Assembly (NCBI RefSeq): GCF_000150275.1 | Contig: NW_002060953.1 | Location: 1,523,693-1,587,692 of the forward strand | From: Trichoplax adhaerens | Lineage: Eukaryota; Animalia; Placozoa | DNA length: 64,000 nucleotides | Reading direction: 5' to 3' | Shown: piece after piece, positions 1 through 11,938 of the stretch | Numbering within the stretch: the first letter of the stretch is position 1 | Layout of the letters: the number at the start of each line of letters is the position of its first letter | Program-made: the position numbers and the translations under genes | Notes under the pieces: model-generated | Databases searched by the model: none | What the model saw: the letters and a program-made list of their open reading frames with translations, nothing else | What the model was told of the DNA's origin: nothing

Positions 1-1127
1 ATCCCGCTCAAGGCTGCTTTTCTTACAGGATAGTTTATGCTGTTGGCATAACGATATCGATGTTAATTATTCACTTAATGCCAGTTATAGTTGTTATAGT
101 TAAGTATATCGTGATGGGAAGGAGCAGGGATTAGCTCACGAAGTACTCCGACTATCGAAACGTTGGTATATTCGACTTATTGACTCGCAATAACTTGGAA
201 ATCTTCGGTTAAGTAGTACTCCTCTTCTCGATTAGCTACACTGCCAGTAACTGCGAACTAAGAATAATGTAATGCACGTGTATCCTAAGGTATTGCCTGG
301 TGATGCAGGGCTTCTAATCTCTCAGGAGAAATTCAAGTTACTAATTGTACATTTCGACTACCAATTTTGAAGAAACAGCTGACTCCCGAATACTTGAATA
401 CTATACAATCTAAATACAAGTTTTCGTTATGATGTGTGCGAACAGACAAGACTGATCGGTCCTTTACGCCTAATTTACATTCTAAACCGCAAGCGAGTAC
501 AAAACTAAGATTAAAACAATAGCCCTTTTTTTGATCACTAAGCTTGTGAAACTTCAGATTTTATAAATGGTTTAAGTTACGTACACTATTGCTGCATTTT
601 TTGATTACTATTATTAAATTATTCAAGTTCTATTCCGTCACAAATCGTAATTTGTAATTAACAATATGGCTTATAGAGTAAAAATTGACGTTAGGAAAAT
701 ACTGTCAATATCTTCAAGAGTATTTACAAAAAAATCTTATGAATAGTACTAGTACATTATTGTAGCAACTACATCAAACGGCCGAAATGAGAGAAACACA
801 GTAAAAGCACTATTCTTAACTTCTTAATACGATCCGCTTAAATATATGGAATACCAATTTGTTATCGAACCAGAATATTGGATAACCTCTGTTATTCCGT
901 TAATACTCTCTGTAGGATGCGTCAAGAGTTCATTAATTAAGCATCCTATACGAGGCGGCATCTGACAGGAAAGAGAAATATTGCAAGGATGCATTTCTAG
1001 TTTCCTCTTCATAATCCCAACTGTAGTTTTCGATCGTTGCTAAGTTACTCCATATAGCAAAATTATCCAAGTACTATGGTCGAGCGTTCACTAATTCAGT
1101 ATGAAATCTGTTTTCTACTGAAGTATG

Positions 1128-1800
1128 CGGACGGTCGATTTTGAGTTGAATCATTTTTTCTAAATTTAGTACTATTACTTTAAAATTGAATTTTATTATC
1201 TATGACTAAGTTTTGCTTAGAAAAATTTCTATAAGGTTATCAATATTAGTACCAGTAATATAGGAAACAGACGCGGAAGATCATTAATCGAGTAGCCATT
1301 TTTCGAAATTTATGGCCTCCTTTGGTGAGAAAAGTCCGCACTGTCAGCCGATTGATCGATCTTGGATGGACAGACGTTTTCAGCCTCATCGCGTTAAATA
1401 TCTGTACCAAACAGTCGGTTATAAATATAATACTGTATATAGGTCTAGCTGGACTTTACCGGTAACAGCCAGCCATTACTGGTAATGGCCGGATTCCCGG
1501 CTATGGCCGTAACATATTTGACTATGTCACACTATACGGACGGTCGATTTTAAATGGACTGATTTTTTCTCAATTAAGTAATATTACGTTGAATTTTATT
1601 ATCTTTTACCAAGTTCCGCTTAGAAATAGTTATGTATAAGATTGTGGACGTTATTTAATTTACTACCAGTGATTTGGAAAAGATACTAAGAAGGAAGTAG
1701 GCATAGTACGATATTTGCAGCCTCATTTGTTGCTGAAAGTCCGTCTGTCTAGACACTCTTGGACGGACTGACATTTGGAACAAGATCTGGTTAAAATATT
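1128..1800. repeat. Diverged direct repeat of about 270 bp (about 1128-1400 and 1537-1800)
   Basis: Shared colinear blocks: cggacggtcgatttt, ttgaattttattatct, gcttagaaa, taccagt, gcctc..aaagtccg, tcttggayggac. Confidence 0.8.
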
Positions 1801-2779
1801 GCGCCAGAAGCAAAATTTGTTACTGTTACATTACGATCGGGACGCGAAATGATGACACCCCTCGTCCTGTCTTTCTGTCCTTCCATTTGGTAATGATGGT
1901 ATACACTGCGGTACTGTATATGATGCAAAATATCTGTCGGCAGAGTACAAAACAGCAAGACTGGATGACGAGGAGTGACATCTTTTCGGGTCCAGATCGT
2001 AGGTTACCGCATAACGATTCCAGCGAATTGACAGTTTTCAAACACAATTGTACTACTGTAGATGGATTTATTACACGTAATTCCGTAGGTTAGAGTCAGG
2101 ATGGTACCGTATAAATAGCCTAAATACAGTAGAAAGAACGCGTCTATTTTTTTTTAGCGTTACCTTGAGGGTATGTCTGACTATGTCTGACTATGACATC
2201 ACGGCAATTCGTACAGTACGCATGAACGCTTCAACCAACTCCTACAGCGCATTCATGAGGTAGAAAAATAGCCAATGGTATACAAGCTCGTTCTTTATAT
2301 TGGTCATCCGGATCGGTGACAGATGTACAGACGTACCGATCTCCATCAGCACCAACGACGGTACTGTAGTAACAAGATAAAACATACAGCACGTTACAAC
2401 CAATCACAGGGGCTTGTAAATCGAGCTTTGAGAGTGGTCGCTGCACCAGAAGCCACTAGCAACTTTGCTTGGCAGCTTTTTACACTTTGTTGTTGTCCTG
2501 TTTATGGCTGGAATAGATCAATTTTAAATTGGATAAATTCATCATTACGATTCATTTGCAACATTGAAACTTACTGTGAAGACTTTCATTCAGTTGAATC
2601 CACTTTTGTGTATCATTATAGGCTATCTAGTAGCAGGTTAAAGAATCCCCTTAACTGTAATTACAAAGTAATTACAGTTGGAAAGAGCTGCAGATATCAG
2701 GTAGCGTGTCTTTGCAACACCGTGACAAGTTGACTAGGCTGCTTCTCGTTTTTCACTCTTGAAGAAATTATTGCTTACA

Positions 2780-3361
2780 ATGGCGGAACCAAGTCGATGT
2801 GCATGGTCTAGTCATGGCAATGCACTATGCAATGACTATCATGATACCGAGTGGGGTGTACCTGTACATGATGATGCTAAATTATTTGAAATGCTCATCT
2901 TAGAAGGTGCTCAAGCTGGCCTCAATTGGAATACGATCTTGAGAAAACGTGATGGATACCGTCGTGCTTTTCACAAATTTAATGTTAAAAAAGTAGCTGC
3001 CATGAAGGATAAGCAGTTAGAATCGCTATTACACAATCCAGATATTATTCGTAATCGTTTAAAAGTCTATTCTGTACGTAAAAACGCAAAGGCGTTTATA
3101 GCTATCCAAAATGAGTTTGGTTCTTTTGACAGTTATGTCTGGCAATTTGTTGACGGCAAGCCTGTTATAGGAAATCGAAAAAAAATCCAAGATTTGCAGT
3201 CAAAGTCCGATATCAGTGATGCTATTTCCAAAGATTTGAAAAAGCGTGGCATGAGCTTTGTTGGTTCAACCATCATGTATGCTTTTATGCAAGCTGTAGG
3301 GCTAGTGAACGATCACACTACCAATTGCTTTCGATATCGTCAATTAGTGAATAAAAAATAA
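2780..3361 (+). CDS. tag: DNA-3-methyladenine glycosylase I (Tag family), intronless coding region, 193 aa from the ATG at 2780
   Basis: Tag motifs RCAW, YHDTEWG, LFEMLILEGAQAGLNW, IIRNRLK, SKDLKKRGMSFVGSTIMYAFMQAVGLVNDH and TTNCF are present, including the Cys/His/His/Cys zinc ligands. The ORF track starts at TTG 2759. The first ATG, in acaATGG context, is at 2780. Confidence 0.95.
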   Translation: MAEPSRCAWSSHGNALCNDYHDTEWGVPVHDDAKLFEMLILEGAQAGLNWNTILRKRDGYRRAFHKFNVKKVAAMKDKQLESLLHNPDIIRNRLKVYSVRKNAKAFIAIQNEFGSFDSYVWQFVDGKPVIGNRKKIQDLQSKSDISDAISKDLKKRGMSFVGSTIMYAFMQAVGLVNDHTTNCFRYRQLVNKK

Positions 3362-5662
3362 ATCAATCCTCATGCTGCATTTGGAAATGGAAGACATAAC
3401 TATAGTTGTCTTACTCTGAATTGGTTATAGTAAGGCAGATTAACTTATGAAATTGATCCAGATGTACGTAGCACAACACATATCCGCCTACACAGTAAGT
3501 TGACTTTAGGCATGCAATCAATCAATCAAGCTTCTTACCTAGATGATGGTATTTATCTACTTGTTATCAATGATGGAAAATTACCACAATGTTAAATTGG
3601 CAGATGCAAATGACTTAGCAGCCTGTTTCTGCTGAAACTTGAATCGTTCCTGCTGTTCAGAATAATGTATACGAGTAAGTAGCTATTCTTCGCTCAATTA
3701 AGGAGCAGTTCACGCGAGCAATTGCAGTGCTTTATCTTTGACACTGTTTAGCCTCTACTAGATAACTTGCATTTTGATGATAAGACAAAATGTTTTGAAC
3801 GAATGGTTTATAAGTGCTAACATACTGTATGGGTACTTTTGCTTGATATTTACTGTAAATCACTGATACATCAAGGTCTCCAGACGATTTCTTCATAAAT
3901 TAGTATTTACTGATTTATTCTAATAACGTCTTGCCGTAGATATCCGTATCTTTAGCAATATCTTAATCTTTTGGTTTTACGTTTGTGAAGCTATTTCCTG
4001 AGATGATAGTTCTTTGCCACTAATTATCGAGTATCTACTGCATGTGCAATAGAAAGGTGTTTTAAGAATTGTCTTCTCTTTTGAAACTTGTGGAGAATGG
4101 ATGTTATATTACAACTTGAGTCAATCATGATCTTAACTTTATTCTTCAATTTAAGGTATTGTTTATTTCGCTATTTGTTATTGCAATAGTAACTGTAGAA
4201 TAGACAATATTAACACCATGAAAACTCCAATAAAGTAATGTGCTATTTATAAGTAATATTGATAGGTAATATTTACCAATCAATCGCTTTGTGAAAAGCA
4301 AGTTTGTAAACTTCATTACATTTACTATATTTATTGCTTATATACTCCCTGTATCCTATTTCCAGTATTTCGTGAAGGATATTTTTGATAATTGATTTAA
4401 TTTTAGCAATGTGAAAGGCAAAAGATAATCAATTACTGTTATTACCAATTTTGATCTTTCTCAGTTAGATTATTAAATTAATTAAATTGTGCATAACGTT
4501 AGTACATTGCTCTTGATGCGGTCGTCAACAATTCTCCGCAATCTTGGAAAGGCATCTTTAATAGGAGGTATATTTGAGAGTAACAGTATGTCGATTGTAA
4601 CGTTATAAAGTCCAATGTTTAAGTTTGAGATAATATAATATCATATAGTACTGTAAAATACGTTTTTGCCATTGAGAAAGCCAGCTGATGTCCGATATAT
4701 TGGAGATATTTATTTTATATATAAGTATATGGTACTTACTAGTAGAAATACAACAACAAACAGTCCTTCCTGTACTAATAACATTAAAAGCAGAGCTGTC
4801 GTGACAACAGCTCATTACTGTAGTTGTATGTTTTGCATTTTTATGGGAATGGTATGAAGTTAAGACCTGCATACGTTAAAACAGTCAATTTCACTTAATA
4901 AATAAACTTAGATTGTGGCTGGTGAATGATGAAACGGCATACTTATACCATTCGATCTATGTGTAATTCAAGCTTACTTAGATTTGGTCTCTAAGTATTA
5001 AGTGTGGAATTCTTTCATTGTAGTTGTGCGACGTTTTCCCAAGGTGATATAATTAACCACTAATGCAGTATCACTTCTAAGAGTGATTGCCTTCGATGTG
5101 GTATGAGATATCTTTTCAATGTTAGTAGAACTTGTCCATCGACTAGATAATTTCTCATTATTAAACTGTAATAGTTTGTGGCCCATAGCTGATGATGTGA
5201 TGGAGAAGTACGGTATTTGATCTTATAACGATTACTGAAAGCCAGGACTAGCAACTTATAAGCTGTGTTTAAAATGTGTTAGCAGTTATTACTATTTAAT
5301 GCTGTTGCTGTGTCTGAGTAGTTCTAAGACAGTAAGATCGCGAACTACAAACCTAAAGTAGTAGCAGTGAGGCTGCTACTTAACTTTCTAAATTTCAGAG
5401 GCGATAACGAAACATAGGAAATAGAACATCAAAATGACAAGTTGGAAATAAATATAGCTTAGTTTTGATACGAAGTGATTCTTGAAGGATAAAGATTCCT
5501 AATTTTTGCAAGTAGTTGAAAATGTTTAAAATTTAAAACGTTTAACGTTCTGGCGATGCGAGCTTCGAGATGTAGCAAACATTCTTCATGCCGACAGTAA
5601 CTAGTAATAGAATATATAAGATAATACCCAACAAATGGTTATCCTAAGTCACTACAGTCCAA

Positions 5663-8401
5663 TTATGAAAGAATTTCGGCAACTTGGTCAACAGTGTTGA
5701 TTGAATGTATTTTATTGTTAGGAGATTGGTGTTCCTTCTGAGTTTCATTGCAGCCAATATTAGTGGTGGGTTCCTGTGTATTCGTAGATTTTTCTCGAAT
5801 ACCTCCTTTAGCAAAAGTAAAATGAGAAATATTTTTAGTGGCTTGTGCCCTTGTATTTAAATGGGGTCGAAAAAATATAATATACAACTTGGGAAGAAAT
5901 AAGAAAATCATAGGAGCTGCCCCTAATAAGAGGGTATTTGTTATGCTTAACGCAATAGTAGCGACGCCTGAGGTAAAGGAATCAACCATAAACGTGGCAA
6001 TCGCAATTATACTAACAGCAAGTGTAGACATGAAAATATATTTTGACTCATTAAAATTTTCAGGAAGAGAGCGCGTTTTATAAGCTAGATATAAACAAGT
6101 TGAGACAATGACTATGCTCCAACAGACTAAGTTAATATGTCCATAAAAATATTGAATATTACAATCAATGACAGTTTGATTCCCATCTCGATATTTTAAT
6201 AGAGGAAAGGGTAGGATGATTATAAAGGCAGTCAAGATTCCATTAGAAAGGAATAGAAAAGCCAAGATGAAAGCTACTTGGCAGTAAGTCTTGGTATATT
6301 GCTTCCTTCTACTGCTCATGTTTGTTACGTTCTGAAATATATTCTTGACTTGATTTGTTTTACATAATATAGTGGTGTATATTCCGATGCAACTCGTAGT
6401 AACAAGATAATTCTTGACAGCACATACTTCAGGAGTGGCAGGCAATAAATGGAGGACAGATACTAGTACCAGTAAAGCAAGGAAGGCTAATAGTAGATTT
6501 ATTAATATGAAATTGGAGCCCTTAACTATAGGTGTCTGTCTTTTTGCGATCATAATGGTCCAAATAAATATTAATAATAGCAAGTATAAACCTATTGCAA
6601 CATAACATATTATTGAAATTGGACTAGTATATGATAGCTTTAAAATTGATAAATCAGCGCAATATGTTCTATTTATGTCTGGATTAGTTAGAATTGGGCA
6701 TTTAGTACAAGTAGATTGATTTGTTGTATTAGAAATAGTCCTATTTTGACATAAACGACATGACCAGCAGCATGATCGATGTTGCAACTTTATTCGTCTA
6801 TCTTGATACATATAATATCCTGGAAGACAGTCTTGCGAGCATCGTGACAGGGGTTTATTATTCCCAAATAGATGATGATTCCACACAATACTTTCTTCAT
6901 TAAGAATTAGACCTTCGTTTTGATTCCAATAACCAATATCAACGGGTTCAAATCTTGACGTATTTGAATTCATCGATGATTGCAAATTAACAATATTAAA
7001 GGATATCTGACTGTTGCCATTAGGTGCAAACCGAAAAGAACGACTTGAGATACCATCAAAACGAATCTTACTTAAAATATTATTAAATTGCTGATTATTA
7101 AACGATTTTTCAGATATTGATGGGCAATAAGTTTCGTTACAGCCTAGATATTTATGTAGAGCATGAGCTAATGCTAATGTAGCATCCATAACGAAAGCTG
7201 AAATTGGACTTATTTTATAAAATGCTTGAAAATATCGAATTCTAGTCTTATTAAATGTACAATTCGGTATTTTAGCATCTATGCTAAGTATTTCTTGTAA
7301 GGCTTGTCTAAACCAGATGTTATCTAAATTATTACATAAATTAAGGCGATCCAGATAGAGATTAAACGCTTGCATAGTAACAGAATTGAAGGAAATGCCG
7401 ATTACCCCATTAAGGATACTTGATCTAATAGAATAGATTGACGGAGATATCAACCAGTGATAGGAACCGATCCAAGTTTTACCTGTTAGCTGATGGATAT
7501 CAGCTTGTTGAAAGAATCGATAGATGATTAATTCATTACCTAGTAGAACAACTACTTCTGATTTAGTCTGATTCTTTAATTTTAAAATAATTTTAGTAAT
7601 GGAAGACAAAGTATAGTTCTGATCAATCATCAATATCTCATCATAACATATGCCGTGATTTTGGGGTAGTCGGTTAATATCTTGAATAATATTTTCACTT
7701 ATGGTATTTCCAGCAATGACAATTGATATCCAATTCCAGTTAAAATAAGTTATAATCTCTTTAATGGCATACCAATATAGATCATCCGGTACAGAAGTAG
7801 AATAAAAGTAAGGAAATTGTTGCTGATCGGTTAAAGACTGATTGAAAAAATAGCTAACTTGAGTAAAGTGATTTTTGCTTGTATACGATGCCGTTTTAAC
7901 GGTTATATTGTATAATTTGGCACCAATAACACCAAATATAGGGGAAGAATTAGCCGAAATATTGTAAATTGGTTCTGGTAGACTAGATGGAGCGTTATTC
8001 GTATTATTGATTTTTGTATGGCTTTGCCCTGTATTCGAAAGTTTTTGATTGGATAAAACACTGCTGAGTAATTCCATAGTTTGGTTAATAGATGAAGAAG
8101 AATCTAGAAGTGTCCAACCAACTTGAATATTGGGTAGCAAAGCTGGGTTATGATTGATTAATTCCTCAATAGTATAAATCATAGCTTGAGTAAGTTGGAT
8201 ATTTTCCGGGTTAAAATACCGAGATAAATTGGACGATTGGTTCTTGTAATCTACTGTGTTAGGAAAAATACCCACTAACTGCACTTGACCTGGTTTAAAA
8301 GTACTGGATTGTGAATTACATAGTTGAAAGTAGCTATGAAAAACAAAATTGGAAAGCCACAATAGAAATAAGGAGCAAAACGATTTAATATGGTTCTTCA
8401 T
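5663..8401 (-). CDS. Class C GPCR (mGluR/CaSR-like), array copy 1, 912 aa, single coding exon
   Basis: Signal peptide; VFT (GIFPN, QAMIY, FNWNWIS, MDATLALAHAL); 9-Cys domain (RCSQDC..CCWSCRLC..CTKC..C); 7TM with TPIVKGSN, RSLPENFNESK and FLPKLYII. Confidence 0.95.
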   Translation of the reverse strand: MKNHIKSFCSLFLLWLSNFVFHSYFQLCNSQSSTFKPGQVQLVGIFPNTVDYKNQSSNLSRYFNPENIQLTQAMIYTIEELINHNPALLPNIQVGWTLLDSSSSINQTMELLSSVLSNQKLSNTGQSHTKINNTNNAPSSLPEPIYNISANSSPIFGVIGAKLYNITVKTASYTSKNHFTQVSYFFNQSLTDQQQFPYFYSTSVPDDLYWYAIKEIITYFNWNWISIVIAGNTISENIIQDINRLPQNHGICYDEILMIDQNYTLSSITKIILKLKNQTKSEVVVLLGNELIIYRFFQQADIHQLTGKTWIGSYHWLISPSIYSIRSSILNGVIGISFNSVTMQAFNLYLDRLNLCNNLDNIWFRQALQEILSIDAKIPNCTFNKTRIRYFQAFYKISPISAFVMDATLALAHALHKYLGCNETYCPSISEKSFNNQQFNNILSKIRFDGISSRSFRFAPNGNSQISFNIVNLQSSMNSNTSRFEPVDIGYWNQNEGLILNEESIVWNHHLFGNNKPLSRCSQDCLPGYYMYQDRRIKLQHRSCCWSCRLCQNRTISNTTNQSTCTKCPILTNPDINRTYCADLSILKLSYTSPISIICYVAIGLYLLLLIFIWTIMIAKRQTPIVKGSNFILINLLLAFLALLVLVSVLHLLPATPEVCAVKNYLVTTSCIGIYTTILCKTNQVKNIFQNVTNMSSRRKQYTKTYCQVAFILAFLFLSNGILTAFIIILPFPLLKYRDGNQTVIDCNIQYFYGHINLVCWSIVIVSTCLYLAYKTRSLPENFNESKYIFMSTLAVSIIAIATFMVDSFTSGVATIALSITNTLLLGAAPMIFLFLPKLYIIFFRPHLNTRAQATKNISHFTFAKGGIREKSTNTQEPTTNIGCNETQKEHQSPNNKIHSINTVDQVAEILS

Positions 8402-9696
8402 TTTATCGATAATTGGTCAAATAACTGAATGGAAAATTGACTCGATAATTAATCATTGCTCCTCATGTATTTACATTTACTGAGACACTAATACTTCTAG
8501 ATCAACTACTGGACTCGTTTAATGGTTTATATAGAATTCATTCAAGGCCATTTATATTGCTTAAGCTATAGAACATATTATTCATGCCCAGATGCCTTTA
8601 TTTATATAACTGTTAAGATTAATTAGCTAACTGCTTTCGTTGTTTCAAAAAAATAATAACATTACCGTTTACGTAAGCGAAATTTTCTTATTCACGTGAT
8701 GTAATAAAATCTATCATTATTCGAATAGAAAATTGTTTCCTGCTTAAATTTCTTTGTTCTAGTGATCATAAATTTGTTTTTAATTGAATTGCATAATGTG
8801 TTAGAGCTATTTATAAGTTTGAGAAATTGTAAATATTTAACGCTAGAGACCGGATTCGATAATAAAAAATAGTTGGCCATCCTATGCTGGATTTAATTAA
8901 TACGCTTGACTATCCTGGAAGTTTGAAACATAATTTAATGAGTTATAAATCTACAAGTCAATTGAATTGCAGTTGCTTCATCTGCCTTTTCCTTAAATTT
9001 GGTTATCAACAGTAGAAAGTCATTTAAGCCGATCTGTTTATTGTATAAAGGGCTAAACATTGGCCAGATGTATACAGTACTAATGGAATAGACTAAATAT
9101 AACTAACTAAATGAACGTAATTTATTTCTGACTGCATTTGTTAACAAATAAATTGCATTGATTTCAGATAAACATCTAATAACTGTGACAGATGATAAAA
9201 TGGCAATTTATTAAAATTTATTCTTTTAACAATCGAATCAATGTTAATAGGAAAATAGGTAAGTAATTTACATTATGGGAATACAGCTAACTTATTTCAT
9301 GAAATAAAATCACAAAATCACTTGGGAGTCAAAGTATTGCATTACTCTGGCTAAATTTTATTTTTCAGGACAGTTAAAAATAAATTAACACTAAATCATT
9401 CAACAGAATCGTAATAATACGTATAAACTATTTAAATAGAATTAATTATTAATTACCGAACATATTAGACTTATGAAGAACATGGATTGTATAGATAGTA
9501 ATAACGGCGAACGGATCGATAAAAGTATGATGTTCGTAATATTAATGATCTGTGATAAATTGCTAGGGTAAAATGATTCAATATTTTTAGTAATGTCTTT
9601 CAAATATTCATTTAACAATCTGTTATCTACTCATTGTGGTAGCAGTTCAATTAAAGACTAGATAGCATTTTCCTTCGGTAATAATCGAAATATAAG

Positions 9697-9985
9697 ACAA
9701 CTATGGTGCTTTACTAAGTGTGTAGTAGATTTTTATTGAGCTCATAGATATAACATTAAACATTGTATAAATGGAATATAAAATAAACTAAACTGTTTTT
9801 GAGCTTCTATCCTTTGTTGAATGTAATAATCACCAGTGACTTTTAGTGAGAAGAATCTTCAATTCTATAGAGGATTTCCTGCAGGAAGTCAGTCCACAAA
9901 ACAAAATAATAGTAGCATGTTCGTCATGCTAATGCTGTTAGGTTAACTGATATAGTTCTTAACGAAGATTGCATTAGCATTAGTT
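9697..9985 (-). repeat. Copy A of a roughly 290-bp duplicated segment (copy B at about 14504-14785), possibly an ancient GPCR TM6-TM7 relic
   Basis: Colinear identity, e.g. ttgagctcataga, aaaataaac, cctttgt, tcaattc, ggatttcctg, ctgatata, tagcatta. Confidence 0.75.
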
Positions 9986-11611
9986 TTTACACATTAGCAA
10001 ACATAGACTTTAACTTGTATTTGTAATGCGATTCTTTCTTGATCAATTATTTCTTATATTTTCTGACTGAAACATTAATTAAGCAGCGTCAGTAAAAATG
10101 ATAAATTAAATGAATAATACCCAGCGGTAGCTGTTAAAAGGATAGTTGCTAAGGCTTTTCATTCATTTGTAGCGGTATGAGTTAAGAGACAATTTCAAAA
10201 GTTTCTGAGTTTGTGTTTTTCTCTTTTCTAATATTAAAATGAAATAACTTAGTCTATCTGTATTTCCTTGAGCACAGTGTGAGGTTGGTAGATCAAGAAT
10301 CTTCAAACGTTTTGAAAATTAAGAATCGTTGCACAAAACCTCGTTTATAAATATACAGCATAATTGACAAGCTGAGGACCTCTAACGAGAAAGTGCTATT
10401 TTATTGTACTAAATTGCTCGCATATATACTTTTCCTCATTAACAATCTTACATACTACGCACTGCAGTATTGGTATCTCAAATACAAGATAAATTAGACC
10501 TTTCATGTGAAGCTCTAGTGTGAGCACTGTAGCACTCTTCTTCAAAAGGATACAATTACTAAGCTAGCTATATTCAATACTTAACCCTCTAAAAGAATAT
10601 CTATCATACGCTGAACATAATAACTACGGTAAACATTACTAAATATATCATCAACTTAGAATACAATATTACACTGTCCTACTCATGGATATCAACAAAA
10701 ACTGAAGAAAGATTGCTTATGTCAAAATTTCTAGAAAATCCGTCTAATATAATGATTTCCCAAGTTTTGATCAATTTTATATCAGCTCCAAGCGAATAGT
10801 TCATTTGTATTGTGTGCGATTTACAAAAAATATTACCATTTGGTAATAATCTTAATTTACTCATTTATTTAAAGAGAGTTTCTGATAACTACAGTATATG
10901 AACTTATTTATAGTGAAACGGAAAAAGAACAATTCTTCTTATTAAGGTTAATCTTTTGCAGCAGGATTATTAACTCTTGAATATGCAACTATAAATCTTG
11001 TAAATAATGGTTGTCCTAAATTTTAATAAATATTTTGATAGATAGAAGATATCATTCTGAATAATTTTATCACGATTATCGATTATGTATTTTAGTTCGG
11101 CTTGTAATTTAGAAAATATCTGATTTAGTATTGTGATTGGCTGTCATTATGAAATTGTCTATCATTAGATCGCTATCGAAAAATTTCCCAGTTAAACTCT
11201 TACTATCTGAAATCTCGTGATAGAAAGGTCATTAAATTATTAATATTAAAATATTACTACATGAAAAGTTAAGAATCGACTCAGTTAATCATTAGTTGGT
11301 ACATATGGTCTGTATATTATCTAAAAGTTTACCCTACTCGATTTTTCTGAGCTTCCTTTGCTAAGTATTTTATAAACTATTTGAAAGCTATGTCGCTAAA
11401 ATTTATGTAACATTATTTTCAGAAATATTCGCCATAATAGGAAAACTTAAGGTTATAAATATTTCGACATCAATATGCTCAGGCCAAATTTAAATATACA
11501 AAATGGTTTACTAAAGTACGTGAAAAAATCTGAACCACATCACAATATGGTAATTTCCTGATTTCTTCATTCTATATTGCAGTATAGAGTATATAATGAT
11601 ACTTGCAAGTT

Positions 11612-11938
11612 NNNNNNNNNNNNNNNNNNNNNNNNNNNNNNNNNNNNNNNNNNNNNNNNNNNNNNNNNNNNNNNNNNNNNNNNNNNNNNNNNNNNNNNNN
11701 NNNNNNNNNNNNNNNNNNNNNNNNNNNNNNNNNNNNNNNNNNNNNNNNNNNNNNNNNNNNNNNNNNNNNNNNNNNNNNNNNNNNNNNNNNNNNNNNNNNN
11801 NNNNNNNNNNNNNNNNNNNNNNNNNNNNNNNNNNNNNNNNNNNNNNNNNNNNNNNNNNNNNNNNNNNNNNNNNNNNNNNNNNNNNNNNNNNNNNNNNNNN
11901 NNNNNNNNNNNNNNNNNNNNNNNNNNNNNNNNNNNNNN
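11612..11938. other. Assembly gap
   Basis: Run of N. Confidence 1.

Noticed and set aside
100-370. Exon-like plus-strand pieces (VLPGDAGLLISQEKFKLLIVHFDY), faintly like copper monooxygenases
   Set aside because: In-frame stops and too little similarity to name a family.
3500-5350. Scattered coding-like minus-strand fragments (EQQERFKFQQKQ, DAFPRLRRIVDDRIK)
   Set aside because: No consistent spliced model or recognisable family. May be a decayed gene and needs BLASTX.
5838-6605. Short ORFs overlapping GPCR genes (also at 25475, 31692, 37707, 38924, 44448, 44844, 54682, 54959, 56416)
   Set aside because: Antisense or alternate-frame shadows of the receptor coding sequence. Their recurrence at equivalent positions reflects paralogy.
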